A stretch of DNA of 64,000 nucleotides, from the NCBI RefSeq assembly GCF_009914755.1, contig NC_060926.1, one strand, 5' to 3'. How positions within the stretch are numbered: the first letter of the stretch is position 1; each line of letters opens with the position of its first letter. The stretch comes from the human T2T-CHM13v2.0 reference genome, Homo sapiens. Shown piece by piece: positions 22,249 to 41,085 of this stretch. Below the pieces are notes generated by a model that was given only the letters and a program-made list of their open reading frames with translations, was not told the DNA's origin and ran no database searches. Both the position numbers and the translations under genes were made by a program.

Positions 22249-23220
22249 CTAGCTATCTATTTCCTTATCTCATGGTATTTTAAAATATAATTCTCTATTG
22301 CCTATATTTCCTATAAATAGGAAGTTAGGTCTAAATATTCATATTTTTGGGAAGAAAACTTAGATGACATCATGTACTTCATTCTGTATTATAGCTAGAA
22401 GCACATAATACTCCTTCATGTCACTACTAATTATGCTAAACTCAATCACTTGATTGAGGTGGAGACTGACAAATAACTCCAAAGTAGAGGTACATTTGTT
22501 CCTTCACATTTACCAGGTAATCCACAGGGTGATGTGTTGGTGCCATGGTAATATTCTTTCAACCAACAGTGTTAGTATCCATTTACAATCCTTGTTGGAA
22601 TCAATTATTGCACTGGAGGTTACAAAATGGTGATATTCTAATTCTACAATTCCTTTTACACTTATTAGCTAGCATTCTTCTCTAAGTACAAGTTTTCCTT
22701 CATCAAATGGAGATGAACTGCATGTCTTCCTGAAAAAATATGGCAAATGCTTAATTCTTTCCCTTTCATTATCAACTTTCAGAACAGTTAGTTATAACAG
22801 CCAACTGCAATGGCTGCAAAGCAGATTTTTTCCTTTCTCTCTACCATTATGAATCCCACGATTTTTATTTATTCAAATCTTTGCAATCAATTATAGTAAT
22901 CATGTGTTAAAATATTTCTGTACTCTTCATGTTTTATAGGTTTTTGCTGGCAATAACAAATTGAATTACATAAGGACAGAGTGTTTAAAGATTACCATTA
23001 AAGTGACAAAGAAGAGTGTAAAAAAAGTGATGATATAAAAATAAAATTAAATTTTTATTTTCCTGCCATTATCTTCACATTATATTATGTCATGTTACAA
23101 CGTACACCCAGCTGCTGAGATCATTAGGCTGGTTTTATCATTTCTGTTAAATTTTAAAACAAAACTTTTTTTTAATTGCATTAAATAGTGAATCAAATGC
23201 TAAAATTCAAATCAACTCAC

Positions 23221-23382
23221 CTGCTGAACAGGACTGTCAACTGTAAATGCTTTATAAACTGCCAATGCCTGGCTTTTACTTCCTTTGCTCCATATCACCA
23301 TATTTCCAGCAACATAGAGTTCCTCATCATAGTCCACATCTTCTCCAATTTCACTTACTCCTTTCCTTAACTGCCAGCTTTC
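23221..23382 (-). CDS. ANAPC1: ANAPC1 exon 3 (ESWQLRKG...DSPVQQ)
   Basis: 162 nt; AG/GTGAGT boundaries; ORF 23212..23487. Confidence 0.96.
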
Positions 23383-24086
23383 CTTAAAAATTAACACATG
23401 TAAAACATATTCAAGCACTCTTTTTTTGTTCTTCAAAAATCTGGAACAAAATTTATTTGCCCATGGAGTAAGACTCAATTCAAACACAACTCCTACAAAG
23501 TTTGGTACACTGATTAACAGAGGATGTGGATATATGCATTACACTACAGAATTACATGAAGAATTTACTCAATAATTCTCTATATTGAATGTTTCATATT
23601 ATTCCTCTATATTACTCTGCCAAAAACAAAAACGAACAAAAAGTACACCTTCTCTATAGTTCCAAAAGTCAAATCACATGCTTGGGAGACTAAAAGGACA
23701 TATTAAGTATATGAGGTAGGGTAGGGAAAGGACAGTGAGGTGCACGTGGGAATCACTTGGGGAGTTCACACACAAATGCAGACTTCCTGCTTCGCAATCA
23801 CATATATATTCACCTTCTTTTCCTTTGTCCCACCCACCAAAATGAATGGAAGAAAGAGAAGTTTCCATTTGTAACTACATAGGCTTTCCCTCCCCGAGAT
23901 TTTAGTATCCCAAAGGGATATGACAATGGAATAAGGCAGGAGGGATTCATTTTCTGACACACACTTAACATCTCATTCCTCTACTTAAGAACTATTACTC
24001 GCCGGGTGTGGTGGCTCACGCCTGTAATCCCAGCACTTTGGGAAGCCGTGGCAGGTGGATCACCTGAGGTCTGGAGTTTGAGACTA

Positions 24087-24298
<212 letters not shown>

Positions 24299-24637
24299 CT
24301 ATTATTCTACCTACTTTTGTGGCATTTCTTCTCTCCTCTAGAAACATGTAAATCTTCTGCAGCAGGGACTACTTCTAATCTCTACCATTTAATCATTAGA
24401 TAACATGAAATCTGGTCCCCACATATTAAGTGAAAAGAAAAAGGTTTAAAATGGACAACAATCATACTACTGAACCTGACTCACATTATAACACCACAAG
24501 TTGGCCGGGCACAGTGGCTCACGCCTGTAAACGCAGCACTTTGGGAGGCCGAGGCGGGTGGATCACCTGAGGTCCGGAGTTCAAGATCAGCCTGACCAAC
24601 ATGGAGAAACCCCATCACTACTAAAAATACAAAATTA

Positions 24638-24781
<144 letters not shown>

Positions 24782-25023
24782 TCAAACAAAAAAATTGAAA
24801 AATAAAAAATAAATAAAACCACAAGTTATAGAGGGTATCTAAATAAGTCGCTATGACAATGTAATAAAGTCATTATTTTCAACATTTATTGAAATTACCA
24901 CACCTTAACTCTACTCTAGAAGTGGCATCACACCGATCTCTCAGTTGCATCTTAGTAGCCTTAAATTACAAGTAGATTATATCACTCTACATTTCAAAAA
25001 CACAATGGGAAACTCAATGGAAC

Positions 25024-25236
25024 CTTCTGTTTCTCGTGGATTGTAACCTCCTGAAGGGATCCCACCAAGCCAGCAGCACCATCAGAAGACCATAATTCAG
25101 AAGCTGGCTGCAGCTGGCGAAGTTGAAGGTTCAAAGCATTAGGGTGGTGCTTGCAGTGGTCTCGACCAAAAGGAACAAATTCCTGCAAATCCCTTGCTGC
25201 AATCATCGTTGTCCTTTCTTCATAGAAGTTCGACAT
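25024..25236 (-). CDS. ANAPC1: ANAPC1 exon 2 coding part (MSNFYEERTT...HEKQK); exon starts at 25260
   Basis: 213 nt from ATG at 25236; N-terminus of anaphase-promoting complex subunit 1 as recalled; acceptor AG at 25262-25261; donor AAG|GTTCCA. Confidence 0.96.
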
Positions 25237-26009
25237 GGGTTCCAAATATCAACATTATTTCTGTATGAATTCAAACACATTCTGGTCAGCTTCCAGACTC
25301 AAAACTAGAATAAAAATACCATAAACACACAAGTCATTAATCCTTACATGCGTGTCAAGTAATTATATCAGACTGGTAAGTATATAAGTTGGTCATAACA
25401 TAAAAGGGCATTCTAGATCTGATTCAGACAGTTGCAATTATCACATTTTAGTCACAGACTGACAGTTACCACTATAGGAAACCACTGAGATGCAACAAGT
25501 ACTTATGTCCCGCACCACCTATCCCGTGTTTCCCACTACTATACGCTAATTTTTCCATACTTTATATATGAAGTATTTAGACAAGTTGTATTCTATGGTC
25601 CCATAACTACATGGCTTTTCAACATTTAAGGTCATTTCTGGTTAGATGCCAGAACCTCATTTGAAAAGTACATCTAAGGGATCATTGTCATATTGGAATA
25701 AAACAATAAAAAACCACACATTACTCTAATTCATCAGAGGTTGAACTGCTTTCAGCTGACCAATCTACAAAAGACATAGGTTTTCAAATGTCTTAAGTAG
25801 CTGTGACACCCCCAATCCCACCTAAATATATAACTACAATCAATTTCAATTATTGGTCGAAACCCAAAGAACCGAGGCATGAATAACTCTAGCCATGGAA
25901 CAGTTATGCTTGCAGATTTAAGGGTACTAGGTTTTAATTAATTATTACATCTAATTAATCTAATTATTAATCTATTACAGTACAGTTTATTACTAAAAAA
26001 ATGTGGATG

Positions 26010-26776
<767 letters not shown>

Positions 26777-28099
26777 CAAACAGCCAAAGCCTATGTAGTT
26801 CCTTTGCAGCTCCTCCAAAGCCACAAAGTTATTTTGCTGTGAATTAAATGTTATTCTTGGCCAGGCACGATGGCTCACGCCTGCAATCCCAGCACTTTGG
26901 GAGGCTGAGGCGCGAGGATCACCTGAGGTCAGGAGTTTGACACAAGCCTGGCCAACATGGTCAAACCCTGTCTCTACTAAAAATACAAAAAAAAAAAAAT
27001 TACTCAGGCATGGTGTGGGCGCCTGTAATCCCAGCTACTTGGGAGGCTAAGGCAAGAGAATCACTTCAACCTGGGAGGCAGAGGTTGCAGTGAGCCGAGA
27101 TCGCGCCATTGTACTCCAGCCTGGGGAACAAGAGCAAAACTCCGTCTCAAAAAAAAAAAAAAGAAAAGTTATTCTGGATATAATTATGTCACAAAACATG
27201 ACACAAGTTTTGTTCTTCCTCCTGCTAGAAATAAATGAGTACTGGGACACTTGAACTTGGAACACAAGTAAAAAGTGCCTTATAAAACTTACAAGGGGCA
27301 GGGCGTGGTGGCTCACGCCTGTAATCCCAGCACTTTGGGTGGCCGAGACGGGTGGATCACGAGGTCAGGAGTTCAACATCAGCCTGGCCAAGATGGTGAA
27401 ACCCCATCTCTACTAAAAATACAAAAATTAGCCAGACAGTGATGGCGGGCGCCTGTAATCCCAGCTACTTGGGAGGCTGAAGCAGAGAATTGCTTGAACA
27501 CGGGAGCCAGAGGTTACAGTGAGCTGAGATGGCGCCACTGCACTCCAGCCTAGGAGACAGAACAAGACTCCTTCTCAAAAAAAAAAAAAAAAGAAAACCC
27601 CACAAAAAAAAAACCTTAAAAGAAAACAAAATTCAGCTGGTCTTCCTATATTTTATTCAACAGAATAACCAACATCAACGAACTTTTGACTTTATGAAAC
27701 TTTAGTTCTGCAATTTTATAATGTTATTTTCTTATAACTTTGAGAGAAAATTACAGAATTGTTAAAGAATTATCATTTTGTACCGATTAATGCCACATAT
27801 TTAATACTTTTTCAGTACCCCAAACTTTTAGAAATGTTTTTACTTGTTAGGTGCAACATAAACAGCTACACGTAAAAATACTATTAAATTTATATGCTAT
27901 AAATAACAGTATCAGCAATGATTCCTACAAACACTACCCTGCCAAAAAAAAAAAAAAGAGACCCAAATGCACACTAACGGCAGCTTAAGTCTCCACAAGA
28001 GCTTCCCCAGCCTTTCTAGAGGACGGTGAAAACAGGCTGAGAGCCCGAGGCTCAGAAAAACAGCTCAGAGGGGCTGGAGGCCAGTCTAGAAGCTGAGCC

Positions 28100-28780
28100 T
28101 GCACATGGGATGCTGCGCACAGCTCAGGAAAGAGGTTGGCAAGCAGGAGCCGGAAGGAGCACCCCAGCCCGCAGGCCAGGAGCGCCCGCAGGCCCCCTCA
28201 GCCCCGGAGCACGCTCAAGGCCCTCCCTCGGGTTCCCAGTACCCCGGGTTTCCAGACCTACGGCCACCAGGGGAGGCTCGGCCTCGGGACGGGTGCGAGA
28301 GTCACGCGGCGCGCGACAGACCACCAAGTGCTGCGGTACGGCGCCCGCACCTGTATAACTCGGGACGCGTCAGGCGCGGCGAGCCCCGGCTGCTCCCCGG
28401 AGGCGCAGGGGCCGAGGAGGCCCGAGGGCAGCGGCGGGGTCCTTCACAGTGACTCTTGGGCCGCAGCAGCTTCTCATTCCCTCTCCCTCCCCTATTCCGG
28501 AGGAAGAACGGGCAACAGCAGCGGGCTCGAGTGCTAATGGCAGGAAGGCGTGCGAGACGTTCAAATGGACGCGTCCATCTTGACTTTCCCGTCTTGCCTC
28601 GCGCCGGGGCGGGGCATCGCGGGAGGTGCGCGGCGTCCTAGCAGTCCTGGCGCCTGCGCTGTTGAGGGAAGACCGCGGCGGGTTATAACTTGGGGGCTAT
28701 TTCCACCTTCCGTGCGACTGATGCGAACCCCGAAGCCGGATTCTGTCTGCTACAGTCCTGGCGTCCAAGTTCTCTTTAGC
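28100..28780. promoter_or_regulatory. CpG island / ANAPC1 promoter
   Basis: Dense CpG; GC box GGGGCGGGGC ~28606-28615; E2F-like TTTCCCG ~28586; CHR-like TTTGAA on minus strand 28560-28565. Confidence 0.85.
28351..28580 (-). other. ANAPC1: ANAPC1 non-coding exon 1 (TSS approximate)
   Basis: CAG|GTGCGG donor at 28351/28350 inside the CpG island upstream of exon 2. Confidence 0.75.
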
Positions 28781-29430
28781 TCATGTCACTAGGGACCTGA
28801 ACTGCCTTATAGATCTCAGGGTTTTTTCTTCTGGTTTCGCTTCCGCCTCCTGACCCCACGTGGAGGTAGGCACCTCAGGCTGAGGGTGGGGAGCAGGGGT
28901 TGCTGATTTTCTCTACGTGCAGTGAATGCTCTATGCCTTTTTCGGTCCATACTCTTCGAAGAGTGGATGAACTGTGTGAAGGTCCTCACAGAAACGTTGC
29001 TTGCAATTCCCAGATTCAGAGACACTTCTTAAGGCGATTCAAAGACCCAAGTTAAGAACCCCAGCGGCCACTCGCGCCTGTAATCCCAGCACTTTGGGAG
29101 GCGAGGCGACAGGATTGCTGGAGCCCAAGAGTTTGAAACCAGCCTGGGCAATATAGCGAGACCCTGTCTCCACAAAAGAAAAATTTTTTTAATTAGCCTG
29201 GCGGCGTGGTGCGCACCTGTAGTCCCAGCTGCTTGGGAGTCTGGAGGATCACTTGAGCCGGGAGTTTGAGGCCACAGTGAGCTATGATCGCGCCACTGCA
29301 CTCCATCCAGCCTGGGCAACAGAGCAAGACCTTGTCTCAAAAAAAAAAAAAAAAAAAAAAGAATGGGTTATAGGAGAAAGGTTAGAAACAAAGATTCATG
29401 AAACAGTTAAATACAAATATACCTAATTGA

Positions 29431-29700
<270 letters not shown>

Positions 29701-29798
29701 TGATCCTCCCACCTCGGCCTCCCAAAGTGCTAGGATTACAGGCGTGAGCCACTGCGCCCGGCCAATATTTTAAACTTTTTTAAAAAAAAAAAGTTTAG

Positions 29799-30631
29799 CA
29801 ACCCCATCAAAAAGTGGGCGAAGGACATGAACAGACACTTCTCAAAAGAAGACATTTATGCAGCCAAAAAACACATGAAAAAATGCTCACCATCACTGGC
29901 CATCAGAGAAATGCAAATCAAAACCACAGTGAGATACCATCTCACACCAGTTAGAATGGTAATCATTAAAAAGTCAGGAAACAACAGGTGCTGGAGAGGA
30001 TGTGGAGAAATAGGAACACTTTTACACTGTTGGTGGGACTGTAAACTAGTTCAACCCTTGTGGAAGTCGGTGTGGCAATTCCTCAGGGATCTAGAAATAC
30101 CATTTGACCCAGCCATCCCATTACTGGGTATATACCCAAAGGACTATAAATCATGCTGCTATAAAGACACATGCACACATATGTTTATTGCGGCACTATT
30201 CACAATAGCAAAGACTTGGAACCAACCCAAATGTCCAACAATGATAGACTGGATTAAGAAAATGTGGCACATATACACCATGGAATACTATGCAGCCATA
30301 AAAAATGATGAGTTCATGTCCTTTGTAGGGACATGGATGAAATTGGAAATCATCATTCTCAGTAAACTATCGCAAGAACAAAAAACCAAACACCGCATAT
30401 TCTCACTCATAGGTGGGAATTGAACAATGAGAACACATGGACCCAGGAAGGGGAACATCACACTCTGGGGACTGTTGTGGGGTGGGGGGAGGGGGGAGGG
30501 ATAGCTTTAGGAGATATACCTAATGCTAGATGACAAGTTAGTGGGTGCAGCGCACCAGCATGGCACATGTATACATATGTAACTAACCTGCACATTGTGC
30601 ACATGTACCCTAAAACTTAAAGTATAATAAT
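29799..30631 (+). mobile_element. Young 5'-truncated L1PA (L1PA2-like)
   Basis: Open ORF2 C-terminus 29827..30423 ending SLIGGN; G-rich 3'UTR tract; TSD AAAGTTTAG at 29790-98 and 30632-40. Confidence 0.92.
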
Positions 30632-31269
30632 AAAGTTTAGATTTACAGAAAAACTGCAGATAGTCCAAAAATTTCCCACATACCCTATACCCAGTTTCTA
30701 CATCCAGTTTCCCTATTATTAGTATTTTACATTAGTATAGTACATTTGTTAAAATTAATGAAATATCAACACATTATTAGTAATTAAAATTCATACTTTA
30801 TTCAGTTTTTTTTAAGAGAGTCTTGCTGTGTTGCCTAGGCTAGAGTGCATTGGCACAAACACAGCTCACTGCAGCCTTGAACTCCTGTGCTCAAGCAGTC
30901 CTCCTGCTTCAACCCCCCAAGCAGATGGGACTCCAGGTGCAAGCCACTGCATTAGTTTGTAGAATATCCCTTAACTGAAATTTGTCTGATGTTTCTTCAT
31001 GATTAGCCTGGGGATATGGATTTCAGGAAGGAAGATCATAAAGTGTCATTTTCATCACATCATATCAAAGGTACTTATCAACAGTATCACTTATCGCTGC
31101 TGATGTCAACCTTGATCACCTAACTGAGATAGTGTTTGTCAGATTTCTCTACTATGATGTTACATTTCCCCACTTTCCATATTGTACTCTTTGGAAGGAA
31201 GACAATATGTGCAGCCCTCAGTTACAGAGTGAGGCCAGTTGATTTTGTTGTTGTTTTACAAACTTGCAA

Positions 31270-34329
<3,060 letters not shown>

Positions 34330-34775
34330 TTACTATACCTTGCTTTTATGAGGAAGGGAAAAGGCTTTTTATTTTTAATTTTTACACACAAAAACAACCA
34401 CAAGCTTAGGTTTTACAACTTCAGCCACAGGTCCAAAGGAAATTCAGAACTCAAAAACTCACCAATCTAGCAGCAGCTCCATCATGCACACACATTTTTT
34501 TTTAATTTTTTCCCCTTCCTCCCTTCCTTCCTGCCTTCCTTTTCTCCTTTCTTTCTTTCTTTGACATAATTGTGCTCCTAGTGGCAAGCAAACAAGAGAA
34601 ATACCATAAAGAATGCCAGGAGCTTGCAGTGAGCCAAGATCGCACCACTGCACTCCAGCCTGGGTGACAGAGGAGACTCCGTCTCAAAAAAAAAAAAAAA
34701 AAAGTCATTATTGAGCTCAGTGCGTTGGCTCATGCCTGTAATCCCAGCATTTTGGGAGACCGAGGTGGCAGATCA

Positions 34776-35091
<316 letters not shown>

Positions 35092-35427
35092 CTAATTTCA
35101 GTGTGTTGTACAGCAAATGGAATCTCTTATATGTAACATCTCCATTTCTCCAACAAACTATAAGAAGAAGAAACTTATTTCCAAGATGGTTTTGGCAGGT
35201 AGAATGGAATCCTTTTGTATGCGCCATCTCAACTCCTCTAAAACTACAAAGACAAAGCACTTAGACTACTGTATTTTGCTCAAGAAACTAAATGGAGTTG
35301 CTTACAGGCATTATGTGGTTTCCCAATAAATTATAAGTGCAGTTTCCCAATAAACTACAAAACCTAGACCTCTGTGCTTCTGGTATGTTCTTCAGCATGC
35401 TGAATGGAGTCTTCTACATCTGCCATC

Positions 35428-36330
<903 letters not shown>

Positions 36331-38423
36331 TAAGCATCATTTCAGTGCCCCAGTGAACCCTAATGTTTAAACATTTGCACATCATAGATATTGTTCAGCA
36401 TAGTGAAAGGAGTTTTGTACCTATACTATCTCAAGTTTCCAAAAGCTATAAGGGCTAGACACTGATCCTTCCACTTTATTGTTCACCTCTCGAAATGCAG
36501 CCTCTACATGCTCTAATAATTGTACTTCCCATATGCAGTTGACTGTGGTGATTTGAGCCTTTTAAACACACAACCTGACTTTGCCTCCCCAACCTCCCCC
36601 CAACAAATTACATAAGCTAGATACTAGTATTTCCAGTCTGTTGTTCAGCACATGGAATGAAATGTCCTAGGTTCTCCATCATTACACCCCAACAATTTCA
36701 AAAACTGGGCTCTTGGCCTCCTAGTATGTGGCTGAGCATGTTAAAGGAAGTATCATGACAGAACTCTCAATTCCATAACAGACACAAGTGCCAGACAAGG
36801 CAACTTCCATTGTACTTCTCAGCACAGTGAAAAAAATACACTATCTCATTTTTTTTTTTTTTTTTTTGAGATAGAGTCTTGCTCTGTGGTCCAGGATGGA
36901 GTGCAGTGGTGTGATCTCAGCCCACTGCAACCTCACCTCCCAGGTTCAAGTGATTCTCCTGCCTCAGCCTCCCGAGTAGCTAGGACTACAGGCATGCACC
37001 ACCATGCCCAGCTAATTTTTTTTATTTTTTTTAATAGATACAGGGTTTCACCGTGTTAGCCAGGCTGGTCTCTAACTCCTGACCTCAGGTGATCTGCCCT
37101 CCTTGGCCTCCCAAAGTTCTGGGATTACAGGCATTAGCCACCATGCCTAGCCCACTAGCTCATTTTTCTTTTTTTTTTTTGAGATGGAGTCTCGCTCTGT
37201 CACCCCAGCCGGAGTGCAGTGGTGCCATCTTGGTTCACTGAAACCTTCGCTTCCCAGGTTCAAGCAATTCTCCTGTCTCAGCCTCTTGAATAGCTGGGAC
37301 TACAGGCATGTGCCACCACGCCTGGCTAATTTTTTTGGTATTTTTAGTGGAGATGGGGTTTCGCCACGTTAGCCAGGATGGTCTCCATCTCCTGATCTCA
37401 TGGTCTGCCCGCCTTGGCCTCCCAAACTGCTGGGATTACAGGCGTGAGCCACCGCACCTGGCCCTAGCTCATTTTTCTAACAAACTGTAACACTTAGATA
37501 TGCTTCTCATGCCTCTTCCAGGATGCTAAATGGGTTGTCACTTACCCACCAACTATAAAAGCTCAACAATTGGCCTTCTGTACCTTGTTCAACACAATGA
37601 GGAGCATCTTTAAATGGTGCTGCCCCATTTCCAATGGGATGAGAGTGAGATTTTACTTTTAATGAGTTTTTCAGCCTATTGGATGGATTATCTTGAAAGA
37701 CACTCCAAGAAACCACTAAAGGAAATACTTTATTCCAGTATCGTGTTCACTGTGCTGAATGGAGTGTTTTACTTGTACTATTTCACTTTACAACAACTAT
37801 AAAAGCTATTGTACTGTGAGGGTTAATTCCAGCAGGCCTGAAATTAGCTTCAACTGTTTTGAAGTTCCTGCGTGGCAATGACCCCTGGCCAAGAGCATGA
37901 AGCATATTGATTAATAATGTTGCTTTTTAACCATCAGTCTGAGGAGCTTCAGGGAAACTTGTACTACCATCAACTTTGCTTTTTGAAAACAATGAGATAA
38001 ATGATTTGCACCTGGTCTCAGCGAGACCCCTCCAACCCCTGCCACAGGGCTCTGCTGTTGAGGCTGGTTATGCCTTAAGACTATGCCGATGACCAGCAAA
38101 ATATAAAAATCCCCAGCTGAGACTCCATTTTCGATCCCATTTCCGAGGTGTTCCATGCACACATCAATGGTTTTTGATCCAACAGAGAAAGTGCATCCTG
38201 CCACGTTCCTTACAGAAATTAGGACAAAGGAGCTGGCACCTGGCCTATCTGGCCATGAATAGCCTTTGACTGAGATGCTTATTCTTACTTTACTGCTATT
38301 TGCTATATTGTGTCCTCTTACTGTAACAAACTCGAGATGTTGGATCTGGTCAGTAATTTTTTAGCAGTGAAACCGTTTAACTTCCACTTAACGATTATAC
38401 AACTGGCCGGGCGCAGTGGCTCA

Positions 38424-38758
<335 letters not shown>

Positions 38759-39393
38759 TTACCTAAAATATATGCCCCCAAAGGCCTTAAACCTATACTC
38801 CCATTATGTTGTTCAGCACATTGAACAGGGTCTCTTCCATGCACTGTCTGTGTTATGCAAGAAACTACAAGATGCTTGTACGTCCCTCAAGTTTTTTGGC
38901 ATTATGAGTTGACTTTTCTTACGGGCACCATTCCAGTTATCCAGCAAATTTTAAGAACTTGGCACTTACATTTCTAATATATTGCTCAGAATACTGAATG
39001 AAGGACAAGAGGTCAAGGGGTTTAGAAGCTGTGGTGTTGAAGTACCATTTATAAGGTACCGAAACTACCAAAAGTCATGGCAGGGATAGTGTAAAGGGAG
39101 TGACTGTGATGCAGGCGCTGCATCTTCAGAGAATTAGGAGAGACTCAGGGGTCCCTACGTGGCTGCAGCAAGCAGGGCTGGTCTAGTCTAATGACATCAG
39201 AGTCAAAGCCAGAGACTAGAGAGTAGGGACACATAATGGTCTTAAGACAGCAAAGAGAATATCACATCCAGACCCAGGGACAGGGAGGTGAGTGTAGGAA
39301 GCATGGTTCACCAAAGGAAAACCAGGGTGCTATTACTAGAGTATTGTGGTATGGATGCTAGCTGCTGGGTGAGTGAGTGCCAAAGTGGTCTGA

Positions 39394-39693
<300 letters not shown>

Positions 39694-40424
39694 TAGAAGA
39701 TTTCTGAGGGAGGTGAACTGGGGGGTCTACATGGTAGACTAGAGGCAGGAGGGGGAAATAAATTACAGGTATAGCTGTAGACAGAGCTGAAAGGGGTAGG
39801 GGACAGGGGTAAGAGGACAAAGAGAAGCAAGGTATGGGTTTAGACATAGGGTCATTGAGGACTACGTCTTCACACATTTCATTTGTGTGTGGCCTGGCGC
39901 GCTCCTATGGGACCTTCAATTGGAAGCCTCAAGTCCTGTCACTGATACGTTGAACATGTTTGACAGATAGATTGTGACCACAATGCCACTTTACCTTGGT
40001 TACAGCTCTTTCACACTTGAATCAGTGGGGGTAATCTTCCCTAGCCCTTAGATGAACACTGCAGCAGGCCTTTAACATTCTCTCTTTTTCTTAGGTATTA
40101 AACAGTAGGGGCTCCTACTTGTAGCACAGAGTCTTAGCTGACACAGGAGACACAGTGGGCATTGGAGAATGGGTTCCAGGTAAGTGTCTTCTTGTTGAAG
40201 TTGCACAACAGCCTTGGAACTAGTTATGTAATATGGGGTCCGGGTTGTTTTTTGTTTGTTTGTTTGTCGCTCATATTTTCCTACATGTAGTCTGATCACT
40301 TGAATAATTAGGACATTAAATTGCAATATCATTTGGATGCACAAGTACAAAATTAACATTGTAGAGCTGACATCTCACAGTTTAGCTAAATTTTGGCATT
40401 TGCAGATTTTTAAAAGCATAACTG

Positions 40425-41085
40425 CAACTTCTTTGACACTTCTATCTTCAAGAGGTTGGGCTTGAACCTCTATGGCTCCTCCCCATGAGGGTGGGGTTGT
40501 GACTGCTTCCATCAAGAGAGTAGGGTGGAGTTATGTGACCTCTGAGGCTAGGACATAAAAGGCCACGAAGCTTCCTCCTTGTTTACTGGAATGCTTGCTC
40601 TTGGAGCCCTGAGCTGCCATGCAAGACTTCCAGCTACTCCAAGGCCACCATGGAGAAGCCTAGTTTAGGTGCTCCAGTTAGTCTGCAGCCCTAGTGCCCA
40701 AGTCATCCCAGTGCAGATGGCAGCTATGTGAGTGAATGAGCCTTGAGATCGGGGTTAGCCAACTTTTTATCTAAAGGGCCAGATTGCATGGCTTTGTGGG
40801 CCACATAATCTCTGTCACAATTACCAACATGAATGACTGTGTTTCGATAACGATTATTTGCAAAAAGAAGCCATAGGCCTGCAGGTTATAATTTACTTTA
40901 CATGATTCTAATCCCCAACCATTTGAGCCTAAGGTCCCAGGCAGATATGGAGGAGCAAGGACAACCTATTTCCCCTGTGCTCTGTCCAAACCTCCGATCC
41001 ACAGAATTCAGGAATCTAATAAAATGGCTGACATTTTACTCCCACTATGTTTGGGGTGGTATATCAAACACCGGTAGATAGCTGA
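40425..41085 (+). mobile_element. MLT1-type MaLR LTR with MER58A-like insert (~40750-40880)
   Basis: 'ttctttgacact', 'ggagccctgagctgccatg' and 3' 'tttggggtgg..gtagatagctgaa' motifs. Confidence 0.65.

Noticed and set aside
28105-28792. Several ORFs across the ANAPC1 island
   Set aside because: Same GC artefact; only the ATG-initiated uORFs within exon 1 were kept
29827-30423. 198-aa ORF as a gene
   Set aside because: C-terminal fragment of L1 ORF2 in a 5'-truncated element with no promoter
37480-38400. Possible further pseudogene or ERV segment; CAACTATAAAAGCT occurs twice
   Set aside because: No recognisable protein; probably degenerate LTR/ERV sequence that I cannot assign without a search
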